Source: a virus
Lineage: Duplodnaviria; Caudoviricetes
Length of the DNA: 64,000 nt
Direction: 5' to 3' (one strand)
Virus record (IMG/VR): IMGVR_UViG_3300042567_001420
The notes beneath the pieces were generated by a model. The model made no database searches, was not told the DNA's origin, and saw only the letters and a program-made list of their open reading frames with translations. Position numbers and translations under genes: made by a program. Position 1 is the stretch's first letter, and each line of letters begins with the position of its first letter. Below are positions 55,836 through 64,000 of this stretch, piece after piece.

Positions 55836-56348
55836 TCAATCTTTCAAAGAGACTGCGGCTTTTTTTGCTTTTGGTTCTTTCTTAAGAACTGGAATAATAT
55901 CTACAATAGTTTTTGGTTTAGCAGGGGGAAGAATATTGGGAAATGCTTCTCTAACTAAATCTTCTGTAAGCGTTTTATATCTAGTTTCAAGATTTTTGTC
56001 TTTAGCTAAACATATTACTTCAGACTCTGTCCAATGGATACCTTCAAGCATTTGAACAAACAATTGTTCTTTTTTAATTTTAGATAGGTTAATATTTGGT
56101 TCTAGCCAAATATACATACGTCTAAATTCTGCATACAAGTTTGTTTCGGAATATCCAATTGGAATTTTCTCATCTTTCTTGAATGGCGGTTCACCCTCTG
56201 GTAAATCTAATTTAACATCTGGGTTAAAATTGATTTGTAGAACGCCCTCAAGCTGTGGGCTATGGTATGATCTTAATACAGCAATCTTTTTATCTTTGCC
56301 GTTTGTTTTTTCGACTTCTTCGAAAATTTGTGGTATAGTTGTTCGCAT
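55836..56348 (-). CDS. Conserved T4-like hypothetical protein (DUF6433-like)
   Basis: LPEGEPPFK...LY.E.RR.Y...K..EQLFVQMLEG...E......KDK...Y..LT..LV.EAFP. Confidence 0.7.
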   Translation of the reverse strand: MRTTIPQIFEEVEKTNGKDKKIAVLRSYHSPQLEGVLQINFNPDVKLDLPEGEPPFKKDEKIPIGYSETNLYAEFRRMYIWLEPNINLSKIKKEQLFVQMLEGIHWTESEVICLAKDKNLETRYKTLTEDLVREAFPNILPPAKPKTIVDIIPVLKKEPKAKKAAVSLKD

Positions 56349-57235
56349 CAGAACTCCTCAATTAATTCCAACATATTCTTCATTTTATGCTCAATGAAAA
56401 AGTTCAAAAGCATACTCTTGTTTTTATCAGGCTGACCTGTGTAGTTATTTATAATAGAATTTTTAATCTCTTCTGGGATGCAGGCAAAGTCAACCAATTT
56501 GCGATTACGTTCAAATCGAGTCTTAAATTCATCATCTTGTGGCATAAGCGTTGCATCTTTGTACCAAGCTTCTAATTTTTTAGTTGTGATTGGTTTTTGT
56601 CTTTCACCTGCAACAATACTATCATCTGCAGATAATACGTTAGGTACTCCGTCGCCCTTGTCGCCTTTAATTGTATGTTCGAAGATATATTGTTTAGGTG
56701 ACATATCAGGTTTAACATATTTCTTTTGTACTGGAGAAAATTGTTTTACATTCTTAAACTTTTGAAGTTGAATAAAATCATGATCGCCCGATACAATTAA
56801 AAAGGGTTTTGGATCATCTTCAAAAACTCCACCACCTGCAAAATCATTTGTTTGAGACCACTCTGCTAATACTGCAATAACGTCATCTGCCTCTGCGCCA
56901 TCGACGTTAACAACTTTGTAAGGAAAAAACTTATCGATCTCATTTCTGATTAGATCCAGAGCTTCAAAGATTGTTTTCCAATCTAAACCAGAATCCTCAC
57001 GAGCTTTTTTGCGACCTGCCTTATAATATTGGAATTCTTGTCTCCTCCAATAATTTCTATTGTCTACTGCAATAACTAATTGACCAAATTCTTTTCCGAA
57101 TTTTTGTTTGTAGCCTCGAATAGAATTTAAAATCATGTGACGCAATAGGGGCACCTGTATTTCAATATCTTTTCTGCCGCCAATTTCTGCCATCAAATTT
57201 GAAATAGCCGTTTGGCTGTAATCAACAACAATCAT
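56348..57235 (-). CDS. rnh: RNase H / 5'-3' exonuclease
   Basis: IVVDYSQ, NYWRRQEF.YYKAGRKK, GAEADDVI, VSGDHDFIQLQ, KGDKGDGVPNVLS. Confidence 0.96.
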   Translation of the reverse strand: MIVVDYSQTAISNLMAEIGGRKDIEIQVPLLRHMILNSIRGYKQKFGKEFGQLVIAVDNRNYWRRQEFQYYKAGRKKAREDSGLDWKTIFEALDLIRNEIDKFFPYKVVNVDGAEADDVIAVLAEWSQTNDFAGGGVFEDDPKPFLIVSGDHDFIQLQKFKNVKQFSPVQKKYVKPDMSPKQYIFEHTIKGDKGDGVPNVLSADDSIVAGERQKPITTKKLEAWYKDATLMPQDDEFKTRFERNRKLVDFACIPEEIKNSIINNYTGQPDKNKSMLLNFFIEHKMKNMLELIEEF

Positions 57236-57250
57236 AATATATCTTTCTGT

Positions 57251-58159
57251 TTAGGTTGCAAGTGTGGTATTTGTAAAAGGTTGACCGGTTGCGCCATCCA
57301 AAGCCGCGTCAAGTTGTTGTTTCTGTATATATTGAGCATACGGGGTTATAGCTTCTTTTACCGAAGGGATTAGTGTTGCATTTAGCAAAGTATTGCTACA
57401 ACCTGTTAATAAGTTAAAAACAACATAATTTACGTAAGATTCAACCGCTCTTTTAATTGCAAGTTTATTAATCTTGGTAGTTACAGTAGTATTAAAAGTA
57501 TTAACTGTTGATTGTAAATTTCCAAGCGCACTAATTAATGCTGCACCGCCAGTATTAGCAAGTACTGCCTGGGTCAGCGCACTCTTTGCACCTTCAATAA
57601 TAGCACCAGATTTAAATCCATCTACAAGAACTTGAAGGTCAATATCTGGTACATCACCTGCCGGACTACATCCATCTCCCAATAAATCTGCAAGTGTGCA
57701 TCCACCAAATGGTTTACCATCTTCGGGATCAGCTTGGCCTGACAATCTATCACTATGAGTTTTAAAATTTGTCATTTCAGTTTTTAAACTATTTAAATAT
57801 GCAAATTCAGTTGCATTGCCAGATGTTGCCACAGGACCAGCACCAAGATCTTCCGTAATTTGAGCAAGGCGCAAATTAATTTGCGTAATAGTCTGAGTCG
57901 TAACAGTTCCTACTGGATTATAGAAAAACTGATTAGCCATTTGTTGCATAGCATTTACGTCGCCGGATATTCCATTTAATGTAGTAGTTACCTGATCAAT
58001 AAATGCTTTAATTTGTGCAATCTCTGAAGGAATAATTCCTCGTGTAGATATCTGCTTCATGCCCTGAGATAACTGAGTGTATACCTGTTGTAATGGACTA
58101 CCGCCAATCTGTGCAAGAACAATCTTAATTAATTGGCAATATGATATTTTTAACGCCAT
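57251..58159 (-). CDS. Hypothetical helical protein, possibly virion-associated
   Basis: 302 aa, Gln/Thr/Ala-rich; ATTAAATA late-like motif just upstream. Confidence 0.6.
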   Translation of the reverse strand: MALKISYCQLIKIVLAQIGGSPLQQVYTQLSQGMKQISTRGIIPSEIAQIKAFIDQVTTTLNGISGDVNAMQQMANQFFYNPVGTVTTQTITQINLRLAQITEDLGAGPVATSGNATEFAYLNSLKTEMTNFKTHSDRLSGQADPEDGKPFGGCTLADLLGDGCSPAGDVPDIDLQVLVDGFKSGAIIEGAKSALTQAVLANTGGAALISALGNLQSTVNTFNTTVTTKINKLAIKRAVESYVNYVVFNLLTGCSNTLLNATLIPSVKEAITPYAQYIQKQQLDAALDGATGQPFTNTTLAT

Positions 58160-58167
58160 TTGAAACC

Positions 58168-59256
58168 TTATTTAATAACTCGAAGGATTAATGTATCAGC
58201 ATTCATTCTGCCATTTGCAGGCGATGCTTTAGAATTTACACTATCCATATACTTTCTTAATTGTACCTTTGTAGCACCCATCAAATCTTTAAGTTGATCT
58301 GCAGGTTTACGCAAAGTCTTTTGACATCCCATTTCTGGATCGTAGTTCTGAAAGCTGGAACCTTTAACAACAATACCCATAGCTGAATCTGTTTTATATA
58401 GAGCCAACTTACGAGTTTTACTATTAAATACCCACACTTGTTGTGCACCAATAATTTCTGCAGGGTCAACTGAATTAAGACCTAGCTCAGTATCTTCTTT
58501 TTTATATTTAAGATTCTTAACTTGAACACTCGCAGGCTTAGCCTTAATCATTCGAGGTTTACGATTTGCTTTCTTGAACTCTGAATATTTATCACAATCT
58601 TCAATAAATTGTGCGAGCATTTTTACAATGCTTTTTAATTCTTTCTTTGTAATATTAGAATAACCTTCTACAAGTTGAGAATCCTTGCCCTCATATACTT
58701 GAATGTATTCGCGAAGTTTATTCTTAGACCATTCCTTAATATCATTTACATAAGGCTTTGGAATTTGATTCGCCTGCATATTCTTATATAATGAAAAATC
58801 TTCTTTTGCATTAACTACAGAATCGAATGATCCTTCTAACTCGCCCAAATACTCTGAAATTTTTTCTTTCATTGCATCTTGGATTGAAGGCTTAGGTGCA
58901 GATACAACAACCTTTTGTTCTACTGGTTCTGGAATATAAACCGTAGAAGCTAATGTATCTTTTAGATATCCTGTAAGTTTTGTAACATGCTTATCTGATA
59001 TTTTACCATTGCGCATAATGATACGAGAAATCCAACCATATGTGTTTACAATGTTTACATCTTTAACCTGGTCAAATGTGTTCAACTCACTTGGCATTTT
59101 AGCTTTGACATATTCTCGCATATACTTGCGAGCGTCAGCTTTTACTTTCTCAGCAGAATACCAGTTCATGATTCTCATCAATTGAACATTATAAGTATTT
59201 TCTTCTGGAGATAGTACAGCAATGCTAGGTTCAGCGTCAAGTGATACTCGTGCCAT
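58168..59256 (-). CDS. Conserved T4-like hypothetical protein
   Basis: 362 aa; C-terminal IIGAQQVWVFNSKTRKL...VKGSS...KTLRKP...NGRMN. Confidence 0.75.
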   Translation of the reverse strand: MARVSLDAEPSIAVLSPEENTYNVQLMRIMNWYSAEKVKADARKYMREYVKAKMPSELNTFDQVKDVNIVNTYGWISRIIMRNGKISDKHVTKLTGYLKDTLASTVYIPEPVEQKVVVSAPKPSIQDAMKEKISEYLGELEGSFDSVVNAKEDFSLYKNMQANQIPKPYVNDIKEWSKNKLREYIQVYEGKDSQLVEGYSNITKKELKSIVKMLAQFIEDCDKYSEFKKANRKPRMIKAKPASVQVKNLKYKKEDTELGLNSVDPAEIIGAQQVWVFNSKTRKLALYKTDSAMGIVVKGSSFQNYDPEMGCQKTLRKPADQLKDLMGATKVQLRKYMDSVNSKASPANGRMNADTLILRVIK

Positions 59257-59358
59257 TATTTTTCCTTAATTACTAATTTTTTAAATTCTCTAAGATCGCG
59301 TTTATTTAGTAACGGATCGGGAATAAACTTGCGTTTATTTTCAATCAATTTTGTTGGC

Positions 59359-59664
59359 TTAAATGTCGAAGCGGATTTCTTTGATTGTTTCATATCGAAT
59401 AGCACGCCATGCGCCTTTATCCATATCCCATACTGGAAGTACTTCTGTGTTTTCTTTTCGTTTAATTTCTTTTTCTTCAGTTACAGGCAAATATCCTGCG
59501 CCGAGAGTGCAACGCATATCGCGAATTGTATTGTCTTTTTTGGTAAATTTAATTTTCATCTCACCCATTGCAAGATGACTCTTAATCCAACTTTTAAATA
59601 TATCGCGCTCTTGGTCTGAAGCAGTCGCATACCATGCGCCTGTATACTTTTCGGTATCTGTCAT
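59359..59664 (-). CDS. WYL_2/DUF2693-like SH3-fold protein
   Basis: IKFTKKDNTIRDMRCTL...VWDMDKGAWRAIR; SD AAAGGA before MTDTEKY. Confidence 0.75.
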   Translation of the reverse strand: MTDTEKYTGAWYATASDQERDIFKSWIKSHLAMGEMKIKFTKKDNTIRDMRCTLGAGYLPVTEEKEIKRKENTEVLPVWDMDKGAWRAIRYETIKEIRFDI

Positions 59665-59684
59665 ATTTTTCCTTTTCATGCTAT

Positions 59685-59713
59685 ATTATAACATCTTTTA
59701 GTAACCCTGTCAA
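59685..59713 (-). promoter_or_regulatory. sigma70 early promoter
   Basis: TTGACA-gggttactaaaagatgt-TATAAT, 17-nt spacer. Confidence 0.9.
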
Positions 59714-59724
59714 CCGTAAGGGTA

Positions 59725-60000
59725 TTATGCTGTAGAAACATATCGATATTGATTAATAACATTAATTTCATCTGCAATCGTTTTATCTTTGATTCTACCA
59801 AATTCTTGTTCCATATAATATCTGGCCATTTTTTGAGTACATTGATCCATTAAACTAGATGTTTCTCCTTCTAGCCAAAAACGAACAGGGGATTTTCCCC
59901 ACGTATTATGTTTTAATGCTGTATGGAAAATTTCACGGTGTGTTTTATCGGTTGGATTAAATGTTACCCATGGACGCGAATATTGCTCAACTTTACTCAT
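59725..60000 (-). CDS. Hypothetical protein
   Basis: 91 aa with SD GGAG; RPWVTFNP....HR...W...PVRF. Confidence 0.65.
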   Translation of the reverse strand: MSKVEQYSRPWVTFNPTDKTHREIFHTALKHNTWGKSPVRFWLEGETSSLMDQCTQKMARYYMEQEFGRIKDKTIADEINVINQYRYVSTA

Positions 60001-60012
60001 AATATAAACTCC

Positions 60013-60843
60013 TTAAACTTCAAAAATAATATTGGGATCAAAATCATCAGCTCTTTGCTCATAATTAACATATCCCCTCGGATTACAAACTACTCTAGTA
60101 CTACCCACAAGATAATCGAAAGTATCATGCGTGTGTCCGTGTGTCCACATTTTAATTTGCGGATGATCTAAAATGAATTCTGATAGATCAGATGAATATG
60201 CACCATTCATAAGATAATCATCTTGATATCTTGGTTTTGTAGATAACTTGCTTGGTGCATGATGACCAACAACTACAAACTTTTGATCGTATTTGCCTTC
60301 AATGATAATACGAATATATTCCAACATTGATTTATGGTCAATAACTACATCGTCAGGTTTTAATCTGTTAATACGATAATATGGTTTATTGGAATTATTA
60401 TCTAATTTACCATTAGAGACTTTTATAAAGTCGTTCATCATACCACTAATACTAATCATAGATGAAGCATCTTCCTTATTCATATCAGTCCATAATGTTC
60501 CGCCGATGAATGTTACATCATCAATAGTAACAATCTCTTTATCGAGAATATGCAGATTATCTAAATACTCGAAGGATCTTTTTAGGTGAGGTATTGTTTG
60601 TTGAAAGTCGCCATTATAATGTTCATGATTACCAACAATATAAATTACATTTTTATATTCTTTAGAACACATTTCAAAGAAATCGTGAATCTTTCTAGAC
60701 TTGTTATCTAAATCATCTTTATGCATTACATCAATCGCAACGCAAATATCACCAGACAGAATAAGGACATCTGCCCTCTCTGTATTTTTAATTTCAATTG
60801 GTCCGAATTCTAAATGAATATCAGACGCTATATTAATCCTCAT
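60013..60843 (-). CDS. Calcineurin-like metallophosphoesterase
   Basis: SDIHLE, LSGDI, VGNHEHY, GGTLWTD, VGHHAP, WTHGHTH, CNPRGY. Confidence 0.93.
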   Translation of the reverse strand: MRINIASDIHLEFGPIEIKNTERADVLILSGDICVAIDVMHKDDLDNKSRKIHDFFEMCSKEYKNVIYIVGNHEHYNGDFQQTIPHLKRSFEYLDNLHILDKEIVTIDDVTFIGGTLWTDMNKEDASSMISISGMMNDFIKVSNGKLDNNSNKPYYRINRLKPDDVVIDHKSMLEYIRIIIEGKYDQKFVVVGHHAPSKLSTKPRYQDDYLMNGAYSSDLSEFILDHPQIKMWTHGHTHDTFDYLVGSTRVVCNPRGYVNYEQRADDFDPNIIFEV

Positions 60844-61300
60844 CTCCCGCACCTTTAATTTTTTCTGCAACAATTCTATGTTCTACATCTTTACCAAATG
60901 ACATATTTTCATGGTACAACTTAATCAGTCCTTTTCGATAAAGGTTCTCCATTGTAACCATTATCATAAATTGATTAATTTTTCGTGTTAGGTCATCGTC
61001 ATCTTCAGAGATTAAACCTTCTGCACGAGAAAGCATTTCTGTCATAAGAACAAAGTCTGCCATTCGCTCGTCGGTTACTTCATCGTCTTCGTCAAACCCC
61101 ATATGTTGTTCAACGATATCACTAAGAATTGCTAAATCACTTTTGGAAATATTCATTAGAAAATCCCCAACCGTCATATATGGATTAGCTTTCAAATCTG
61201 CAGCAAGAATACGTGTCATAGATAAACATTCTTTGCTGGCAATCACATTGTCGTAATTAATATCAAAGTCTGTATATTGCTCGTCGTCTTCTTCCATCAT
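60833..61300 (-). CDS. Acidic hypothetical protein
   Basis: 155-aa ORF with ATGA overlap to the upstream ORF. Confidence 0.65.
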   Translation of the reverse strand: MMEEDDEQYTDFDINYDNVIASKECLSMTRILAADLKANPYMTVGDFLMNISKSDLAILSDIVEQHMGFDEDDEVTDERMADFVLMTEMLSRAEGLISEDDDDLTRKINQFMIMVTMENLYRKGLIKLYHENMSFGKDVEHRIVAEKIKGAGDED

Positions 61301-61476
61301 TTTTTACTTTCTTTCTCAAGTTGTTCGATTGCTTTTTCCAATTTAGGAATTAGGTGGTTATAGTTATCCGGACTTAGTAGTCTGGACACCCATTTCTTAC
61401 GTACTAAAATTCTATCTTTAGTAAGTGCGAAATAGATTTCTTCTAACAATTCTTTTATAGATTGTTTATCTTCCAT
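61297..61476 (-). CDS. 59-aa hypothetical protein (below the ORF-track cutoff)
   Basis: MEDKQSIKELLEEIYFALTKDRILVRKKW...LEKESKK*; fills the gap, TGA overlaps the next ATG. Confidence 0.6.
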   Translation of the reverse strand: MEDKQSIKELLEEIYFALTKDRILVRKKWVSRLLSPDNYNHLIPKLEKAIEQLEKESKK

Positions 61477-61482
61477 GTTACT

Positions 61483-61498
61483 ATTATAACATCTTTTT
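61483..61498 (-). promoter_or_regulatory. Early promoter core AAAAAGATGTTATAAT (extended -10, no correctly spaced -35)
   Basis: Same core as the promoters at 53994, 55687 and 59685. Confidence 0.7.
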
Positions 61499-61500
61499 CG

Positions 61501-61710
61501 TCAATTTGTGCCGAGATTATCCAATTTTTTTGGTTTATTTTCGGCAATCCACTCATCTTCACCGGTAAATGTGGAAGATTTGGATAACCAATATTGACAT
61601 TCCCATAAAGTCTGCAAGATTTGTTGTTTGTAATGGAAAGCAGTGTATCCATCATTATACGGAGAAATCATTTCGTGACCGTATTTTTCAATATCATAGA
61701 TTGTACTCAT
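61501..61710 (-). CDS. Hypothetical protein
   Basis: 69 aa; SPYNDGYT.F.YKQ...F.GE.EW. Confidence 0.65.
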   Translation of the reverse strand: MSTIYDIEKYGHEMISPYNDGYTAFHYKQQILQTLWECQYWLSKSSTFTGEDEWIAENKPKKLDNLGTN

Positions 61711-61958
61711 TGTTCAATTTCCTTATCATGTTGATATAACTTTTGCTCTTGAAATGTTAGCTCACCAAATGTTTTTCTGGGGTTTGCACACATTACGCAA
61801 TTTGGATTTCCGCATGCCATAGCATGATGCTTATTAAATTTATGCGGTTCTTTAACAGGGATCCCAAACGTCTTTGCAATTACTTCTTGCTTATGTATTT
61901 TGGTCTCTTTTTGGTAAATTCTTTTAGAATGCTTAAAACGATCTTCTTCTTTTGACAT
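61707..61958 (-). CDS. Hypothetical protein with a CGNPNCVMC metal-binding motif
   Basis: KHHAMACGNPNCVMCANPRK. Confidence 0.7.
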   Translation of the reverse strand: MSKEEDRFKHSKRIYQKETKIHKQEVIAKTFGIPVKEPHKFNKHHAMACGNPNCVMCANPRKTFGELTFQEQKLYQHDKEIEQ

Positions 61959-61986
61959 ATTGAATCTCCATAGTATGTGTTATATA

Positions 61987-62298
61987 TTAATCTCCCAATG
62001 AGGCATCGTAGTCCGGGTCTGGAGGTGCATCCTTAATGACAAATAGTGGCATGTCATCAATCCACACATCTATATGTATTCCCAGTTTATAGCATGCTTC
62101 TTTTTTGGCCTTGCGAGCAGTAAAGATAATACCATCAACCATGGGTCCCAATTGATTTCGTACTTCGTCACCCTCTGCATTGGATCGCATTGTGACACAA
62201 TATACATTGTGCCCAGAGGCTTTGGCAAGTTTAATAAATCCGTTCCAAAGATACTTGTCTCTGGTATAAGTGTTATCGTAATCAAGTGAGATATTCAT
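61987..62298 (-). CDS. Minimal HAD-superfamily protein
   Basis: SLDYDNT (motif I), VTMR (II), KK (III), IDD (IV). Confidence 0.7.
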   Translation of the reverse strand: MNISLDYDNTYTRDKYLWNGFIKLAKASGHNVYCVTMRSNAEGDEVRNQLGPMVDGIIFTARKAKKEACYKLGIHIDVWIDDMPLFVIKDAPPDPDYDASLGD

Positions 62299-62462
62299 TA
62301 GTAGTTTACCGCAATATAGAATTTAAAAAACCAGATCGTAACCCAGTCACCGTCGTAATAGCTATGTTTAAAGCCAAAACGATATCTATCAGAATGGTTG
62401 TCAAATCCCCATTCCCATTTACCATATCTAACGGCATAATACATATGTCTAAAGATACTCAT
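62298..62462 (-). CDS. 54-aa aromatic-rich protein (below the ORF-track cutoff)
   Basis: MSIFRHMYYAVRYGKWEWGFDNHSDRYRFGFKHSYYDGDWVTIWFFKFYIAVNY*; SD AGGGGA; TAATG coupling. Confidence 0.6.
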   Translation of the reverse strand: MSIFRHMYYAVRYGKWEWGFDNHSDRYRFGFKHSYYDGDWVTIWFFKFYIAVNY

Positions 62463-62503
62463 AAGTTCCCCTATTTCCCGGTTTTTTCAACGGCCGAAAT
62501 CCG

Positions 62504-62680
62504 TCAATTTCTAGAAGTATCTAAAAGAATAACCGCACCCAAAATTAGCGCGATCCAAGCATTCGTAGTCATATCACCATGCCGAAGATACACAGCGGCC
62601 GCGGCAAGTAGATTGATCGTGCCCACAAAATAACCAATAGGTTTTCTATAGAAATTAGCCCAAATTAAAAATTTATTCAT
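62504..62680 (-). CDS. Small two-TM membrane protein
   Basis: Start MNKFLIW with SD AGGA; two hydrophobic segments. Confidence 0.6.
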   Translation of the reverse strand: MNKFLIWANFYRKPIGYFVGTINLLAAAAVYLRHGDMTTNAWIALILGAVILLDTSRN

Positions 62681-62694
62681 ATTTTTTCCTAAGT

Positions 62695-62907
62695 TTATTT
62701 TACTCCGTACTTTTGTCGAATCTTCAGGGCAACGATGTTCGCGGGATACATAGGTTCCAGGGACAGCATATCGTCGCACACATCGTCGATCAGCATTCCA
62801 GCGAACTTCTCGGGATCGATAAGGAGAACAGATTGCATCTGCCCGTCGACCAAGATAGTTTTATACGCTTTCGACAGTTCAGCGTATTGTTTAATTTTTT
62901 CATTCAT
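62695..62907 (-). CDS. Hypothetical protein, GC-rich
   Basis: Start MNEKIKQ with SD GGAG; DPEKFAGMLIDD...IRQKYGVK. Confidence 0.6.
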   Translation of the reverse strand: MNEKIKQYAELSKAYKTILVDGQMQSVLLIDPEKFAGMLIDDVCDDMLSLEPMYPANIVALKIRQKYGVK

Positions 62908-63041
62908 AATAAGTAACTCCAAAGTCTAATTATCCAGTATATAATCCAATATACAATAACAAGCAGTATCAGGCCCCAAAAGGTTAACACTGCTGTCATA
63001 AACGCAGTTCCCAATAGTTTTATAATAAGGTCAAATATCAC
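62904..63041 (-). CDS. Possible 45-aa membrane peptide
   Basis: GTG start; MIFDLIIKLLGTAFMTAVLTFWGLILLVIVYWIIYWIIRLWSYLL*; overlaps both neighbours. Confidence 0.4.
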   Translation of the reverse strand: MIFDLIIKLLGTAFMTAVLTFWGLILLVIVYWIIYWIIRLWSYLL

Positions 63042-63285
63042 GATTAACTTCGAAATGATCTAATAGTAATTGCTCGATATCTACAAAATCTCCACATCCA
63101 TTATCTATAGCAACCTCGACACATTCTCTAACGATTAATTCACCGAATCGCTCAATAGCTTTACGATCATACTCATCAAGTTGATCCCAACAACCAGAGG
63201 CAGTTAGACCCGACCGATACATCAGGTCTTCAAATTTAGTATCCATATAATTTCCTGCGGTAGTAAATTTTAAATCGTTCATCAA
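63031..63285 (-). CDS. Hypothetical protein
   Basis: LKFTTAGNYM...IERFGELIVREC...HF motif seen in small phage ORFs. Confidence 0.6.
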   Translation of the reverse strand: MMNDLKFTTAGNYMDTKFEDLMYRSGLTASGCWDQLDEYDRKAIERFGELIVRECVEVAIDNGCGDFVDIEQLLLDHFEVNRDI

Positions 63286-63588
63286 TTACTCCAGTAGAGT
63301 ACGTCCATCGATTTCCCAGTATCGCTCTACACCCTTACGGGCCCAATCGGAATCAATAAACTGACCAAGCGTTTTTTCCATATTGTTCTCCAAGTATACA
63401 CGACCACCCCAGATACCTGTTTTAGTACCGACAGTATAGACTGCTCCAATAATCTTACCATCAGAGCTATCAAAGTATACCCATTGCCCGAATTCTTTCT
63501 CCATCCATTGTTTCTGTTGTTTACGATTGTTGAGCATAAACTCAACCTCTCGTTTTACATCATCTTCGTTCATATCATCTCCATGCAT
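63286..63588 (-). CDS. Hypothetical protein
   Basis: 100-aa ORF abutting its neighbours. Confidence 0.6.
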   Translation of the reverse strand: MHGDDMNEDDVKREVEFMLNNRKQQKQWMEKEFGQWVYFDSSDGKIIGAVYTVGTKTGIWGGRVYLENNMEKTLGQFIDSDWARKGVERYWEIDGRTLLE

Positions 63589-63802
63589 TAACTAAACCTA
63601 TTGCGCAAGTAACGATTGCTACAATATTTACCACCATCTGTGGATGGTTCTTTGCACGTATAGCCCATGTTAGAAACATAACGGTACCTAGTGTAAAAGC
63701 AACAATATTCCAGGGATAGGCATCAGGACCAATAGCATTGGCAACGTGTCCGATTATAATAGCAACTGCACCCAGCCATTGAATAATATCGTTAAATTTC
63801 AT
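63575..63802 (-). CDS. Small three-TM membrane protein
   Basis: Start MKFNDIIQWLG; YPWNIVAFTLGTVMFLTWA motif. Confidence 0.65.
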   Translation of the reverse strand: MKFNDIIQWLGAVAIIIGHVANAIGPDAYPWNIVAFTLGTVMFLTWAIRAKNHPQMVVNIVAIVTCAIGLVNAWR

Positions 63803-63803
63803 A

Positions 63804-64000
63804 TTAGTACTTTGTAGACCACTCATCAGTATCAGTTACTTGTGAAGCAATAATTAAAAAAGTATTGAAATTTATATCCCAATGTTTGTATATCTTCTTA
63901 GCAACCATTACAGCTTGTATTCTTTGTGTAAGTTCAGTAACAGGCTCATCGACATCTACAGAGAAAGGAATCTCCCATATCTCAGCAATCTCATTCCGTA
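63804..64000 (-). CDS. 3' part of a hypothetical protein (truncated at window edge)
   Basis: Open frame ...RNEIAEIWEIPFSVDVDEPV...TDEWSTKY* ending 1 nt before the next ATG. Confidence 0.5.
   Translation of the reverse strand, partial: RNEIAEIWEIPFSVDVDEPVTELTQRIQAVMVAKKIYKHWDINFNTFLIIASQVTDTDEWSTKY

Noticed and set aside
59256-59348. 30-aa ORF (MIENKRKFIPDPLLNKRDLREFKKLVIKEK) coupled to the next gene, with two AATAAACGC repeats
   Set aside because: TTG start without SD and too short to support; the repeats and a GCAA-loop hairpin could equally be non-coding
1-64000. Stop-codon reassignment, introns, inteins or homing endonucleases
   Set aside because: Core genes (gp17, 18, 20, 23, 30, 32) are full length and uninterrupted in the standard code; no HNH, GIY-YIG or LAGLIDADG motifs recognised

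Overview
64 kb of an AT-rich, T4-like myovirus genome, read in the standard genetic code. Positions 1-39 kb (minus strand) hold the head, neck, tail and baseplate morphogenesis block: uvsW/uvsY, gp3, 23, 22, 21, 67, 20, 19, 18, 17, 16, 15, 14, 13, fibre genes, gp8, 7, 6, 25, 5, a gp27-like hub, 53 and 48. A short plus-strand block follows (gp4, 2, 54, 26, 51, holin, tape-measure-like gene). The rest is a minus-strand replication and accessory region: gp32, 59, 33, heme oxygenase plus bilin reductase, cell-wall hydrolases, phoH, DNA ligase, dsbA, rnh and many small ORFs. Late genes have TATAAATA promoters; early genes have sigma70 promoters that share an AAAAGATGTTATAAT core. Main discoveries: (1) a circularly permuted, two-piece tmRNA gene (tag ANDSQFRIAA) whose excised intervening segment lies inside an open frame encoding a CCGxGCxxCVW (Oxidored-like) cysteine domain; (2) a T TTT TTC -1 slippery site that would fuse the gp26-like gene to the gp51-like ORF, which has no SD, resembling lambda G/GT; (3) a hemO-pcyX-like bilin operon in a phage with a probably non-cyanobacterial host; (4) a gp5 spike with a C-terminal M15 peptidase and no T4-type lysozyme. 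All family assignments come from motif recognition by eye; no database searches were run.
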